DNA of 64,000 nucleotides. Origin: a virus. The DNA lies in the IMG/VR virus record IMGVR_UViG_3300017925_000001, positions 45,725 through 109,724 of that record; one strand, given 5' to 3'. Both the position numbers and the translations under genes were made by a program. The notes under the pieces are model-generated. The model was given only the letters and a program-made list of their open reading frames with translations. It was not told the DNA's origin and did not search any database. Positions 29,813-38,358 of the stretch are shown here, piece by piece (the first letter of the stretch is position 1; each line of letters begins with the position of its first letter).

Positions 29813-30523
29813 ATGATTATTGGGCCAGTGATTCACTCGGTGATCCTAGGCTACGGACATCGCGCTCGTTCTGGAAAAGACACCGCAGCCTCGATTATTA
29901 TCAAAGAACGCGGAGCAGAGTTTGACATACGCCGATATAGTTTTGCAAGTGAATTGAAGGCTGAGGTCAACCACAACGCTATGAAGGCTGGCGGCATGAA
30001 GAATTTGTTCGCTGACGGTCTACGCTTGGAAGGTTGCGGGTATATGCAGGAGAATGAAGAACTCCTGCGACTACCAGAATGGGTACAAATGGACCCCAGT
30101 CCCGATATGAGCGATCCCGAATGCCCATATGGCAAGCAACGCTCGCTCTTGCAATTTTGGGGAACAAACCTTAGACGATCAGTGAACGAAAACTACTGGC
30201 TCAACAAAGTGAAGCAGCGTATTGCCGATGAAAAACCACAGATCGCCCTGATCACAGACTTGCGTTTTTTAAACGAAGTGAATTTTATACTCACATACGG
30301 GGAAGTGATTCGCATCGACCGTCCTGGTCTCCCGCCTCTCAGTGAGGCGCACGAATCAGAGCTAGCTTTGGCCAATTATGATGGTTGGTCCGACATTATC
30401 AAGAACAATGGCACGCTGAACGAGTTCAAGGAAAAGGTTCTCTTCAGCTTTGACATGTTGCTTTCAGCAGTTCCGCAAGAGCACCGAACAGAGGAACCGA
30501 AAGGTACGGTGGTGAAGGTGTAA
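29813..30523 (+). CDS. Deoxynucleoside monophosphate kinase
   Basis: 'GHRARSGKDT' P-loop, 'RSLLQFWGT', 'ITDLRFLNE', 'HESE'. Confidence 0.85.
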   Translation: MIIGPVIHSVILGYGHRARSGKDTAASIIIKERGAEFDIRRYSFASELKAEVNHNAMKAGGMKNLFADGLRLEGCGYMQENEELLRLPEWVQMDPSPDMSDPECPYGKQRSLLQFWGTNLRRSVNENYWLNKVKQRIADEKPQIALITDLRFLNEVNFILTYGEVIRIDRPGLPPLSEAHESELALANYDGWSDIIKNNGTLNEFKEKVLFSFDMLLSAVPQEHRTEEPKGTVVKV

Positions 30524-30555
30524 TGCTCTGAACTGAGCACCTTCAAGGACTCACT

Positions 30556-31470
30556 ATGAAAAAGTATTTGCTACCGATCCTGCTGTGGGCCCTCCTCGGA
30601 TTGGCCTCGGCAACCGTCACACCAGCACAGAAAACATTGCAGCACAAGGCTACGCACACGATTGTCATGTCGAATGAGAAGGCACATGATGGAGCTGGTT
30701 GCTCCGCAACGGCAATCTCTGAACATGTCCTGCTCACTGCTGAGCACTGCAATGTCCCAGGCAGTGTGCTTTACCTTGATCAGAACAACAGACCTTACCA
30801 GCACCCGCTGGAGATCTCAGAGCGGTACCTGGATCATCAGGATCATATGCTCCTAGTTCTCCCAGGCGTCTCGTTCAAGAACTTCGTGGATTATGGCTCC
30901 GCTGCTCCTTTGAAGCAGGGTGACCATTACTATCTGTGGGGCAACCCAGGCTTGATTCGAGACCAGTACCGCGAGGGCTACGTCACCGGGTCAATTGTTG
31001 ATCCGATCTATGAGATGGAGATTGATGCAGTCAGTTCCTTTCTCATGTTGAATGGACCTGTGATTGGTGGAGATTCAGGCAGCGCAATATTCAGCGCCGA
31101 AGATGGCCACCTTGCAGGAGTCCTGACGTACGGGATGGAGTACGGTATGTTCGCAGGCGTCTATCCGCTCGCGTTCACAGCTGATCAGATCGCGCAGGCC
31201 GAGGGCGTAGGTTCATTCGTCTACTTGCCCGACACTCGCCCGGTCGTCAATGTCAATGCTACTGCAGCTCACTCTGTAGTCGATCATAGCGAAGCTCCTC
31301 TGTGGGCTCTGGTGTGGTTGTTCGCAGTCTGCATCTTGTGGTACACGCTGGGTGGCGTGTTCAAGACACTAGCCAAGGGCATACGCGGGGCAGCAGGGCC
31401 GGTCTGGAAGGCAATGAAGTACGTGGGGCGGCTGTTCAAAACTGCATACCAAACTTTAAAGAAAATATAA
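30556..31470 (+). CDS. Trypsin-like serine protease, secreted and membrane-anchored
   Basis: Signal peptide, 'TAEHC', 'D', 'GDSGS' triad; C-terminal TM helix. Confidence 0.85.
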   Translation: MKKYLLPILLWALLGLASATVTPAQKTLQHKATHTIVMSNEKAHDGAGCSATAISEHVLLTAEHCNVPGSVLYLDQNNRPYQHPLEISERYLDHQDHMLLVLPGVSFKNFVDYGSAAPLKQGDHYYLWGNPGLIRDQYREGYVTGSIVDPIYEMEIDAVSSFLMLNGPVIGGDSGSAIFSAEDGHLAGVLTYGMEYGMFAGVYPLAFTADQIAQAEGVGSFVYLPDTRPVVNVNATAAHSVVDHSEAPLWALVWLFAVCILWYTLGGVFKTLAKGIRGAAGPVWKAMKYVGRLFKTAYQTLKKI

Positions 31471-31473
31471 TTA

Positions 31474-31554
31474 CATCTCCCGGGGTTGCTCCTGGGGGCT
31501 AGGGCCCTAGCGTGACTCCATCGCGTTGGGGCCTGTCCTATGGAGGGACACATG
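31474..31554 (+). promoter_or_regulatory. Structured RNA leader, copy E
   Basis: P1 CTCCCGGGG/TCCTGGGGG with loop TTGC; CTAGGG linker; P2 GGCCCTAGCGTGA/TCGCGTTGGGGCC; loop CTCCA complementary to TGGAG (the SD). Confidence 0.75.
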
Positions 31555-32265
31555 ATTCACATCAATGTAATGACTGCAGCTTTGCGAAATGTTCTCAACG
31601 CTCGAAATTGGCGCAGAAAATACCCTGAGAAATCTCGTTCTAGTGCTCTTGCATACTACTACGCAAACCGTGCTGTGGCCCTTGAACGCAGGCACGTTTA
31701 TTGCAAAGAGAATCCTGAGAAGGTCCGTGCATGTAGTCGTGCATCAGCTCGGATATGGCGCAAGGAACACCCTGAGAAAGTAAGAGAGAACACTCGTGCT
31801 TGGGCCAAGGCACATCCTGATAAAGTGCGTGAGAAATCCCGTGTATGGTATCAGGCCCACCCCGAAACACGGCAAGCATGGGAGAAAGCGCATCCTGAGA
31901 AAAGAAAAGAAATTGAGCATAAATACAGGAGACTGCACCCAGAAAAAGTACGTGAGAAACAACGTGTACGACGCGCTCGCAAATTAAATGCAGGTGGCTC
32001 TTTTACAAACTTGCAATTTAAGCAACTCTGCGCTTCATTCGGAAACACATGTCTCTGCTGCAAGAGAAGTGAAGTAGAACTTGCATCTTTGGGTTTCACA
32101 CTTGTACCTGATCATGTAGTTGCACTGTCACGTGGCGGTAGCAACGATATCATCAATATTCAACCGCTCTGCGGACCTTGCAACGCTCGTAAACAGACCA
32201 AACACATTGATTATCGAAAGGAAACAGAAATATGTCAGGCACAAGCTATGAAGGCAAACCAATAA
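31552..32265 (+). CDS. HNH homing endonuclease
   Basis: Repeated 'W..HPEKVR' helices; 'CLCC...DHVVALSRGGSN...NIQPLCGPCN..K'. Confidence 0.9.
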   Translation: MIHINVMTAALRNVLNARNWRRKYPEKSRSSALAYYYANRAVALERRHVYCKENPEKVRACSRASARIWRKEHPEKVRENTRAWAKAHPDKVREKSRVWYQAHPETRQAWEKAHPEKRKEIEHKYRRLHPEKVREKQRVRRARKLNAGGSFTNLQFKQLCASFGNTCLCCKRSEVELASLGFTLVPDHVVALSRGGSNDIINIQPLCGPCNARKQTKHIDYRKETEICQAQAMKANQ

Positions 32266-32588
32266 ATGTAGCAGATCAGGTCTCTATCCTTGGCGGAGTT
32301 CAGTCCATCACAGGTAGTGCGCCTAGCACAGCCTCAGTTGTTCTCCAGGGAATTTATGGGGAAACCTTCACTGTGCAAGCGAGGGACTGCACTTCGGTCC
32401 AGCACACTTCAGGCGCTGCTATGTCCAAGAATGGTAAATTATTCACAACGGCGGATCGCGTTACGGCCAACGGAATCGTCACTGCGGTCACAGGGTCTGG
32501 TGTCACTGCTCAGGTCACTGTGCTTTTAGACGAATCTCAGCTTTCCGTGACAGTTTACGCGGGATCTGTACATTCGAACGCGGCGTAG
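32232..32588 (+). CDS. Hypothetical two-repeat beta protein
   Basis: Internal duplication GK...AD.V...G.V..(I/V)TGS. Confidence 0.6.
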   Translation: MSGTSYEGKPINVADQVSILGGVQSITGSAPSTASVVLQGIYGETFTVQARDCTSVQHTSGAAMSKNGKLFTTADRVTANGIVTAVTGSGVTAQVTVLLDESQLSVTVYAGSVHSNAA

Positions 32589-32605
32589 GAAAAGGAAACT
32601 CAGAT

Positions 32606-33340
32606 ATGAGCAGCACACCCACAGTCACACCTGTAGTCACCCAAAGCTGGTTCAAGGTCCATGAAAGGCTTTTAATAGTCCTCATGGTCCTTTTAGCCGG
32701 GTCTTGGGGTTATTCCAAGTACGCAGATGCGTCAGCTTCTAAGGCAGAAACAAGAGCAACCGTAGCTGAGCAGGCCTTGGAGTCTCAAAAAGAGAATAAT
32801 GCCGCTATGGCCCTTCAGACCGCGCAGGTAATCGCGCAGTATCAAACCATGTGTCAGTCTCTAGCCGCCCAGACTAGCGCCCTGCAGGCCTCCCTGACGC
32901 AGCGGCAGGCTACCCTGGCCAAGCAGGTAACTGTAGATGCTAATCTGCCCCTGTCAGGCCTAGCACAGCGCTGGCAGACCTTGCTTCCCACGGTTACCCC
33001 CACGGTTACCCCGGTAGGCATAGGGCTTACTTCCCAAGAGGCCCATGATACAGTCGCAGCCTTGGAACAAATCTCTGTTCTCCAATCGAATCTAAAGGAT
33101 ACGCAGTCTGACCTAGGGGCAACCCAAGGCGCGCTGGGGCAAGCCAACACTGTGATTTCCGACCAAACCAAACAAATCACAGGACTTAACCTAGAAATAA
33201 GCGATCAAACTAAGACTTGCACTGCACAGGTTGCTGCTGCCAAGGCCGAAGGCCGCAAAGGGAAAATACGATGGTTTAAAATAGGCTTCGTCAGCGGCTT
33301 TGTAGCGGGCCTCTGGGGAGGACATTCAGCGGGTTTGTAA
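32606..33340 (+). CDS. Spanin-like membrane coiled-coil protein
   Basis: N-terminal TM, long coiled coil, C-terminal hydrophobic segment. Confidence 0.45.
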   Translation: MSSTPTVTPVVTQSWFKVHERLLIVLMVLLAGSWGYSKYADASASKAETRATVAEQALESQKENNAAMALQTAQVIAQYQTMCQSLAAQTSALQASLTQRQATLAKQVTVDANLPLSGLAQRWQTLLPTVTPTVTPVGIGLTSQEAHDTVAALEQISVLQSNLKDTQSDLGATQGALGQANTVISDQTKQITGLNLEISDQTKTCTAQVAAAKAEGRKGKIRWFKIGFVSGFVAGLWGGHSAGL

Positions 33341-33350
33341 AGGAGGCCCC

Positions 33351-33497
33351 ATGCTCACCAAAGCAGAGAAGCAGGAGATTATAGAACGCGCTCACACAGA
33401 CAAAACATTCTGCAAGGCTCTGCTCAAAGAGCTTGTGAGGCTGGCAGTAGCAAATGATTCAGATGTATTAGAGAAAGCCTTGAAGAGAATCAAGTAG
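33351..33497 (+). CDS. Small hypothetical protein (48 aa)
   Basis: AGGAGG SD; MLTKAEKQEI... Confidence 0.45.
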   Translation: MLTKAEKQEIIERAHTDKTFCKALLKELVRLAVANDSDVLEKALKRIK

Positions 33498-33513
33498 TTT
33501 AGAAACAAGAATA

Positions 33514-33566
33514 GCCCCTCAAGGGCATCCTAAGACAACTAGGGTGCTCTTGAGGGGCCTTTTTTT
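33514..33566 (+). terminator. Intrinsic terminator at the convergence of the two arms
   Basis: GCCCCTCAAGGGCATCCTA / TAGGGTGCTCTTGAGGGGC stem followed by T7. Confidence 0.85.
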
Positions 33567-33705
33567 GTGCCCAAATTAACATCTGGGCTTTGCTCTGTTC
33601 TCCTCTTCACTGTCAGGTGTGTACTTTGATCCTCCAGCGAGTATGCTCGCTTCTAAAAGATCGAGGGCTTCCCTGAGGTTTTTGATCTGTTGCAGCAATT
33701 TGTTC

Positions 33706-34806
33706 CTAGCTTCGATCATTGATTGTTGGTCCTCCTTGGGAAATGAATTCGAACCCCGTGCCGTCCTTGTAGTCGATGATGATTTTGTCGTCCTTGTTAA
33801 TTTGCTCGCTGAGTACGAGCTTGGCCAGTGGTTTCTGGATGTACTTCTCTATGGTGCGCTTGATAGGGCGCGCTCCATAGGCTTTATCGAAGCCTTCTTT
33901 GAGCAAGAAGCGTCTAGCTGATGGAGAAACAAAAAATTCAAAGCGAGGTACAGGGGGCCTTACCTTTAGGCTTGTAGTGGTTAGATCCGAAGCAAGCACT
34001 ATAGAGCAGGGAGTACCCAGCACCCACAGGCGATATGCTAAGTCCCGCAGCTCGAAGTCTAAGACCTGATCTGTTTGCTCTTTGGTAAGAGCGGTAAAGG
34101 TAACAATATGCTGAATACGGTTTAAGAATTCTGGGCTGAATTTACTCTTAGCTGCACTCAGAGCAATTTGCTCAAGGCGTGCTTGGTCTTTTTCATCAGA
34201 CAGCTCAGCGAATCCTATGCCTCTGTTTGCCATTTCTCTTGCGCCTAGATTGGAGGTTAGTACTATTATTGTTTTGGAGAAATCTACAGTCCGATTATCT
34301 CCTAGAGTCAGAGAGGCGCTGTCAAGAATTCCTAATAAAAGTTTCCACAAAGAATCTGAAGCTTTCTCCACCTCATCTATGAGAAGAATAGAAAGTTTCA
34401 TTTCCTCTGTATGGTACTTATCTAATCTTTCTTGTTCTAGCATAGGATGGCATTCTCTGAATCCTAAATATCCGGGGGGACTTCCTACTAACTTTGCGAT
34501 TTCGTGATCGTGTTGAAACTCAGCACAATCAATTCTTATGCATGCCTTTTTATTTCCTAGTAACGCTTCAGCAAGTGTTTCACATACAAAAGTTTTACCG
34601 CAGCCAGTTGGGCCTAAGAACAAAGCTATTCCTGCAGGTTTGCTTGGATCACTAAAACCAGATTGATGTGCTTCGAAAATGTCAATCAATACCTGCACAG
34701 CTTTTTCCTGCCCTACAATCTTGTTGGAGAATTGTTGTTGGAGAAGTTTAGAACGCTTGCTAGTCTGCGTAATATCTAAAGCTCGTTGTGCTCCTGCTGC
34801 GGACAT
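33706..34806 (-). CDS. Clp-type single-module AAA+ ATPase (ClpA/B NBD2-like)
   Basis: 'GPTGCGKT', pore loop 'GSPPGYLG', 'LLIDEVEKA', 'TSN', 'IGF', 'PEFLNR', 'GARP'; start ATG 34806 with AGGAG SD. Confidence 0.9.
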   Translation of the reverse strand: MSAAGAQRALDITQTSKRSKLLQQQFSNKIVGQEKAVQVLIDIFEAHQSGFSDPSKPAGIALFLGPTGCGKTFVCETLAEALLGNKKACIRIDCAEFQHDHEIAKLVGSPPGYLGFRECHPMLEQERLDKYHTEEMKLSILLIDEVEKASDSLWKLLLGILDSASLTLGDNRTVDFSKTIIVLTSNLGAREMANRGIGFAELSDEKDQARLEQIALSAAKSKFSPEFLNRIQHIVTFTALTKEQTDQVLDFELRDLAYRLWVLGTPCSIVLASDLTTTSLKVRPPVPRFEFFVSPSARRFLLKEGFDKAYGARPIKRTIEKYIQKPLAKLVLSEQINKDDKIIIDYKDGTGFEFISQGGPTINDRS

Positions 34807-34816
34807 AAAACTCTCC

Positions 34817-35323
34817 TTAAAGGCTCCTAATTTTAGCTGCTCGTGCGGCATGGGCTTCTTCGAAGGTATCAAAGACCCCAATGTGTTCTCGGATATTTGG
34901 TGCCGGATTCCAACGGGCTCGATAACGGCCTGTGCTTTTTATGAACGTTATGCCTTCTCCAGGGGTGCGCCCCGTTTTAACTGCATGTACCGTGTTGCTT
35001 CTCTTGGTTGCCCATTCCAGCTTGATAGCCCGACAGTCTGATTTTGGACCAAGGTGGTTTACTTCTGGCAGATCCATAGGATTTGGGATAAATGCCTTCG
35101 CAACCAAACGGTGGATAGCTAAACTGTGAGACTTGCCGTTCATGTAAAACTGGACTGTCATGTAGCCTCCAGTTCCCGGCCAAGTTTTTAGAAGCGTCTT
35201 TCCTGGGTGATGCTTGGTGGCTTCTTTTCGACGTACTTTTCCAAGGTCGCTCACTTCGTACGCTTCGAAGCCCTCTACAGTCTTCCAATTTTCTAATGCG
35301 CGCTGCGTACCTGCGTTGGCCAT
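34817..35323 (-). CDS. NUMOD4-HNH homing endonuclease with AP2-like C-terminus
   Basis: 'WKTVEGFEAYEVSDLGKVR', 'IHRLVAKAFIPNP..LPEVNH'. Confidence 0.9.
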   Translation of the reverse strand: MANAGTQRALENWKTVEGFEAYEVSDLGKVRRKEATKHHPGKTLLKTWPGTGGYMTVQFYMNGKSHSLAIHRLVAKAFIPNPMDLPEVNHLGPKSDCRAIKLEWATKRSNTVHAVKTGRTPGEGITFIKSTGRYRARWNPAPNIREHIGVFDTFEEAHAARAAKIRSL

Positions 35324-35332
35324 GGGGCCTCC

Positions 35333-35566
35333 TTAGATTTCTTCTCTGGTTTCGTAGTCGAGCACAGGTTTATCCAAGGCTCGTAGCATGCGTTCCAAAA
35401 CTTCCCTCAGCTCTTCCGGGGTTTCCCCATGAGGGTGATCAGGTTCAACAATGATTAAAGGCTTATCCTCTATACCATAGTACGCCTCGTGAATTTGGTA
35501 CGCTATTTCTCCATCAAGTGCTCCTGGGTATACCCGGCGTACGACTCTGTGATTCCAATGGCTCAT
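35333..35566 (-). CDS. Conserved phage hypothetical protein
   Basis: 'WNHRVV...IHEAYY...GET.EEL...L..M..ALDKPVL'. Confidence 0.6.
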   Translation of the reverse strand: MSHWNHRVVRRVYPGALDGEIAYQIHEAYYGIEDKPLIIVEPDHPHGETPEELREVLERMLRALDKPVLDYETREEI

Positions 35567-36017
35567 ATAGGTACTCCTTCAAAGTTGTGCTCTGGGGAAC
35601 CCCCAGGCTGTGTGACAGGTTCTTGGCAAACACTCTCCAGTTACCCGCGTACTTCTTGGCCAACTGCTGCAGCGTCATATCCGTGGAGTAATGCTTGGAA
35701 TGCCCTTGGATGATGAGATTGATTTGTCGATACAAGGCCATCCACCCATCGGTGTCTGTAGCGAAGATGACATGGCGTCCCTTGCCTATTCCGCTCTGGC
35801 CTGCGTATTTGAAGCCTTTCACAGCCTTGATATCTCCCACATTGTGGTATCTGTTAGGAATTGATCCCTTCACATAGAAGCCTTCAGCTTTCGCAATAGC
35901 ATGTGCAAGACGTTCAACCTTCGTGAGGGGTTGTTCCGGCATTCGTACTGGGTATACTCCCGCCCATAGCAAGGGGGTCATCAGCAACCAAAGTAACAAC
36001 ATGAAAATCTTTCGCAT
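35514..36017 (-). CDS. Lysozyme-like fold protein with signal peptide
   Basis: 'AIAKAEG...RYHNVGDI...F.....G...L...I......TL.....KYA' pattern. Confidence 0.55.
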   Translation of the reverse strand: MRKIFMLLLWLLMTPLLWAGVYPVRMPEQPLTKVERLAHAIAKAEGFYVKGSIPNRYHNVGDIKAVKGFKYAGQSGIGKGRHVIFATDTDGWMALYRQINLIIQGHSKHYSTDMTLQQLAKKYAGNWRVFAKNLSHSLGVPQSTTLKEYLYEPLESQSRTPGIPRST

Positions 36018-36030
36018 GAGGATTAACTCC

Positions 36031-36243
36031 TTATGTGGATTTTGGTTCCTCGTAATCTTGGCTCATATAGAAGTAGAGGAGCTTTATAGCAGCTTCCAGC
36101 TCTGCTTTCCGTTCTGTGTAAAAAGCAGTGCTTTTATCGTACGTTTCAAGGATGTTTAGTCCAGTCATCCATACGTCGTAAAGCTCCATCAGATGCTTTT
36201 GTCGAGGTCCTACCTCATCCATGAAACCTGTGTAGTCCGGCAT
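36031..36243 (-). CDS. Hypothetical protein
   Basis: GAGG SD; fits minus-arm gene packing. Confidence 0.5.
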   Translation of the reverse strand: MPDYTGFMDEVGPRQKHLMELYDVWMTGLNILETYDKSTAFYTERKAELEAAIKLLYFYMSQDYEEPKST

Positions 36244-36389
36244 GGTTCCTCACTTCCATATTACAACGATGGTTATAGCAACGCAACAGAGGTAATAGAG
36301 GCAGAGACGTATGTCACCTGCTACGAAGTATCCGATGGATGCTAGGGATGCCAGGGCTACTCCAGACCAAGCGAAGAACGAACCGAAGT

Positions 36390-36587
36390 TCATACTCTTA
36401 CTTTCAGCTGCTTCTTTAACTGTCTACGCAAACGTAGAACTTCATTGGCCAAATCTATCATACATTGGCGTATCTCTTCACGTACAAACATGTTCATCCA
36501 ACTCCAAGTGAAAAAACCCGTTTTTCTTTGTACCAACTTTTCAGCTGGAGTCATCAGAGACCAAATCTCATGTTGGTTCATTGCCAT
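36390..36587 (-). CDS. Hypothetical protein
   Basis: AGGAG SD; overlaps the lysozyme end. Confidence 0.45.
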   Translation of the reverse strand: MAMNQHEIWSLMTPAEKLVQRKTGFFTWSWMNMFVREEIRQCMIDLANEVLRLRRQLKKQLKVRV

Positions 36588-37015
36588 TCTCCTGTGAGTA
36601 TCTGTTGCACAAGACGCTCAGCTCGCTCCCCAACCTCTGTGTACCACGCAGAAGCCTTCATATCTGCAGCCGCCTTCTCAAAGTTCCCGGCTTGAGTATC
36701 TGCAAGGTCATGGTGGAAAGACAAGAGCCCTGGAACTCCGAGATTGAAGCTCATATTTTGTAGAACTCCTAGGCGGGCGTCATCAAGGTTGACTATCCAA
36801 GGCAACTTGCTCTGTAGGAATGTGGAGATGCGTTCCACATCCTTGCCGAGGATTTGCAACGCTTGTGCTTGGGTAATAGGATAAACTACGTCCGGTAAAG
36901 GGTTGGCATCCAGGTTATGCCCGACCCCAACGGTATCAAAGCCTCGGGTATCGTGATAGACGGTTAGACGCATGCCTTCATCGCGCACCAGTTGGTCTAT
37001 GATGTTGTTGATCAT
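36578..37015 (-). CDS. Endolysin, T4-type lysozyme (GH24)
   Basis: 'DEG.RL.VY.DTRG..TVGVGH' (E-x8-D-x5-T), 'NMSFNLG', 'S.WY..VG.RA.RL'. Confidence 0.9.
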   Translation of the reverse strand: MINNIIDQLVRDEGMRLTVYHDTRGFDTVGVGHNLDANPLPDVVYPITQAQALQILGKDVERISTFLQSKLPWIVNLDDARLGVLQNMSFNLGVPGLLSFHHDLADTQAGNFEKAAADMKASAWYTEVGERAERLVQQILTGEWQ

Positions 37016-37141
37016 AAATACCTCCACAAAATTTTTGTACCACACGGACGGGCTCAGTGTGGGTGGTACTTAAGGATGACATGCAGCGCCACAAGCTGTA
37101 CTATGAAGGACAGTATGGCGAACACAGTACGCAGAGTACTT

Positions 37142-37540
37142 TTAGTGGATTCCTTCATCTTTGTCTAACCCCGTGATTGAGATGGCACCTACCAGTTTGT
37201 GGCAAGCAATGCCTTGGTACATGCTGTGTGCCTGCTTCTCATACGTGAGGATAATGGGTTCACGAGAGAAGTAGTCTGACTGGTCCCCACAAAAAAGAAC
37301 CGTCTCTTCATAGAGCGCAGGTGTGGCATAGGGCCAGAAGCGTACGTTGGTGTACTTGCTACCGTCTAGCAGTGTCACTTCTATTGGCTCCGCAAGTAGG
37401 TAAGCGTAGGGGTTCTGGTAAACCTCGCTAACCCCTAGGGAATTAGGGCGGTTGTTTGTAGTCGTGCAGTGCCCGAAGGTCAGCATTGAAAGTACGAAGA
37501 GGAACACGATTAGACACGTCAGCAATTCATTGTGTTTCAT
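37142..37540 (-). CDS. Membrane/secreted hypothetical protein
   Basis: N-terminal hydrophobic helix. Confidence 0.55.
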   Translation of the reverse strand: MKHNELLTCLIVFLFVLSMLTFGHCTTTNNRPNSLGVSEVYQNPYAYLLAEPIEVTLLDGSKYTNVRFWPYATPALYEETVLFCGDQSDYFSREPIILTYEKQAHSMYQGIACHKLVGAISITGLDKDEGIH

Positions 37541-37964
37541 GATTCCCCTCTCGTATAATTCCCATTTCTGGATACCAAAAATGCTGATGAAGTGCAGCAG
37601 GTATAAGCCACTGCAAGTTTGGGATGGTGGATAATTTGGGCAGATCTTTTACACTATACACATTCAGCTTCTCATCAGTCATATCCTTAGCATAAGTAAT
37701 CTCATTGGAGAACAAAGAGAAGCAATGTAATTCATAGTCTTTTCCTGAGAGTATAGCAAACTTTTTCCAGTTGGATTCATATGTTTCTATACCTGTCTCT
37801 TCCTTGAATTCTCTAGTTTGTGCTGCGTGCTCGCTTTCATTTTCAATGTGCCCACCTACACCGTTCAGTAATCCTCGCTGCCAAGCAGGACGATTCTTAC
37901 GAATTAGTAGAAGATGTTTACCTTGTTCATCAAAAGCAAACCCCACAACATATTTTGTAGTCAT
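37527..37964 (-). CDS. NUDIX hydrolase
   Basis: 'GGHIENESEHAAQTREFKEETG' Nudix box; start at MTTK. Confidence 0.85.
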   Translation of the reverse strand: MTTKYVVGFAFDEQGKHLLLIRKNRPAWQRGLLNGVGGHIENESEHAAQTREFKEETGIETYESNWKKFAILSGKDYELHCFSLFSNEITYAKDMTDEKLNVYSVKDLPKLSTIPNLQWLIPAALHQHFWYPEMGIIREGNHETQ

Positions 37965-38127
37965 AGTTTCTCCCGTGCAACTTCGATGAGGATAGGCATG
38001 GCAATGGACGCGGCCAGGATGCCAAAGAACGCGTACACAGCGTGATGCCTGTGTTCCCAACAGTAGAGATTGAATCCAGAGGCTGCAGCTAGGAAGCCAC
38101 CAATAAGGTAGCGTTGCAAATTCAGAC

Positions 38128-38358
38128 TCATTGTACGACCTCCTCATACCAGAGCTTCACCCTGATTTTTGAAATGAACTCATTGTTCTTCAAACGGAAG
38201 TACCGTACGTCTGTGCTAGAGACCACGAGGTCTTCATTTTGCACAGGGAAAGTATTCTTGTGAATAGGCACTGCCCATAACTGTGGGATATAGTGGATAC
38301 GTAATAAGAACTTCTTATGGCATCCACAGGCTGTTTCCAAATGAATCTTAGCCAGCAC
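38128..38358 (-). CDS. Hypothetical protein
   Basis: GGAGG SD before GTG; 'LETACGC'. Confidence 0.45.
   Translation of the reverse strand: MLAKIHLETACGCHKKFLLRIHYIPQLWAVPIHKNTFPVQNEDLVVSSTDVRYFRLKNNEFISKIRVKLWYEEVVQ

Noticed and set aside
34807-34881. N-terminal extension of the Clp ATPase
   Set aside because: It overlaps the HNH gene; ATG 34806 has a strong SD
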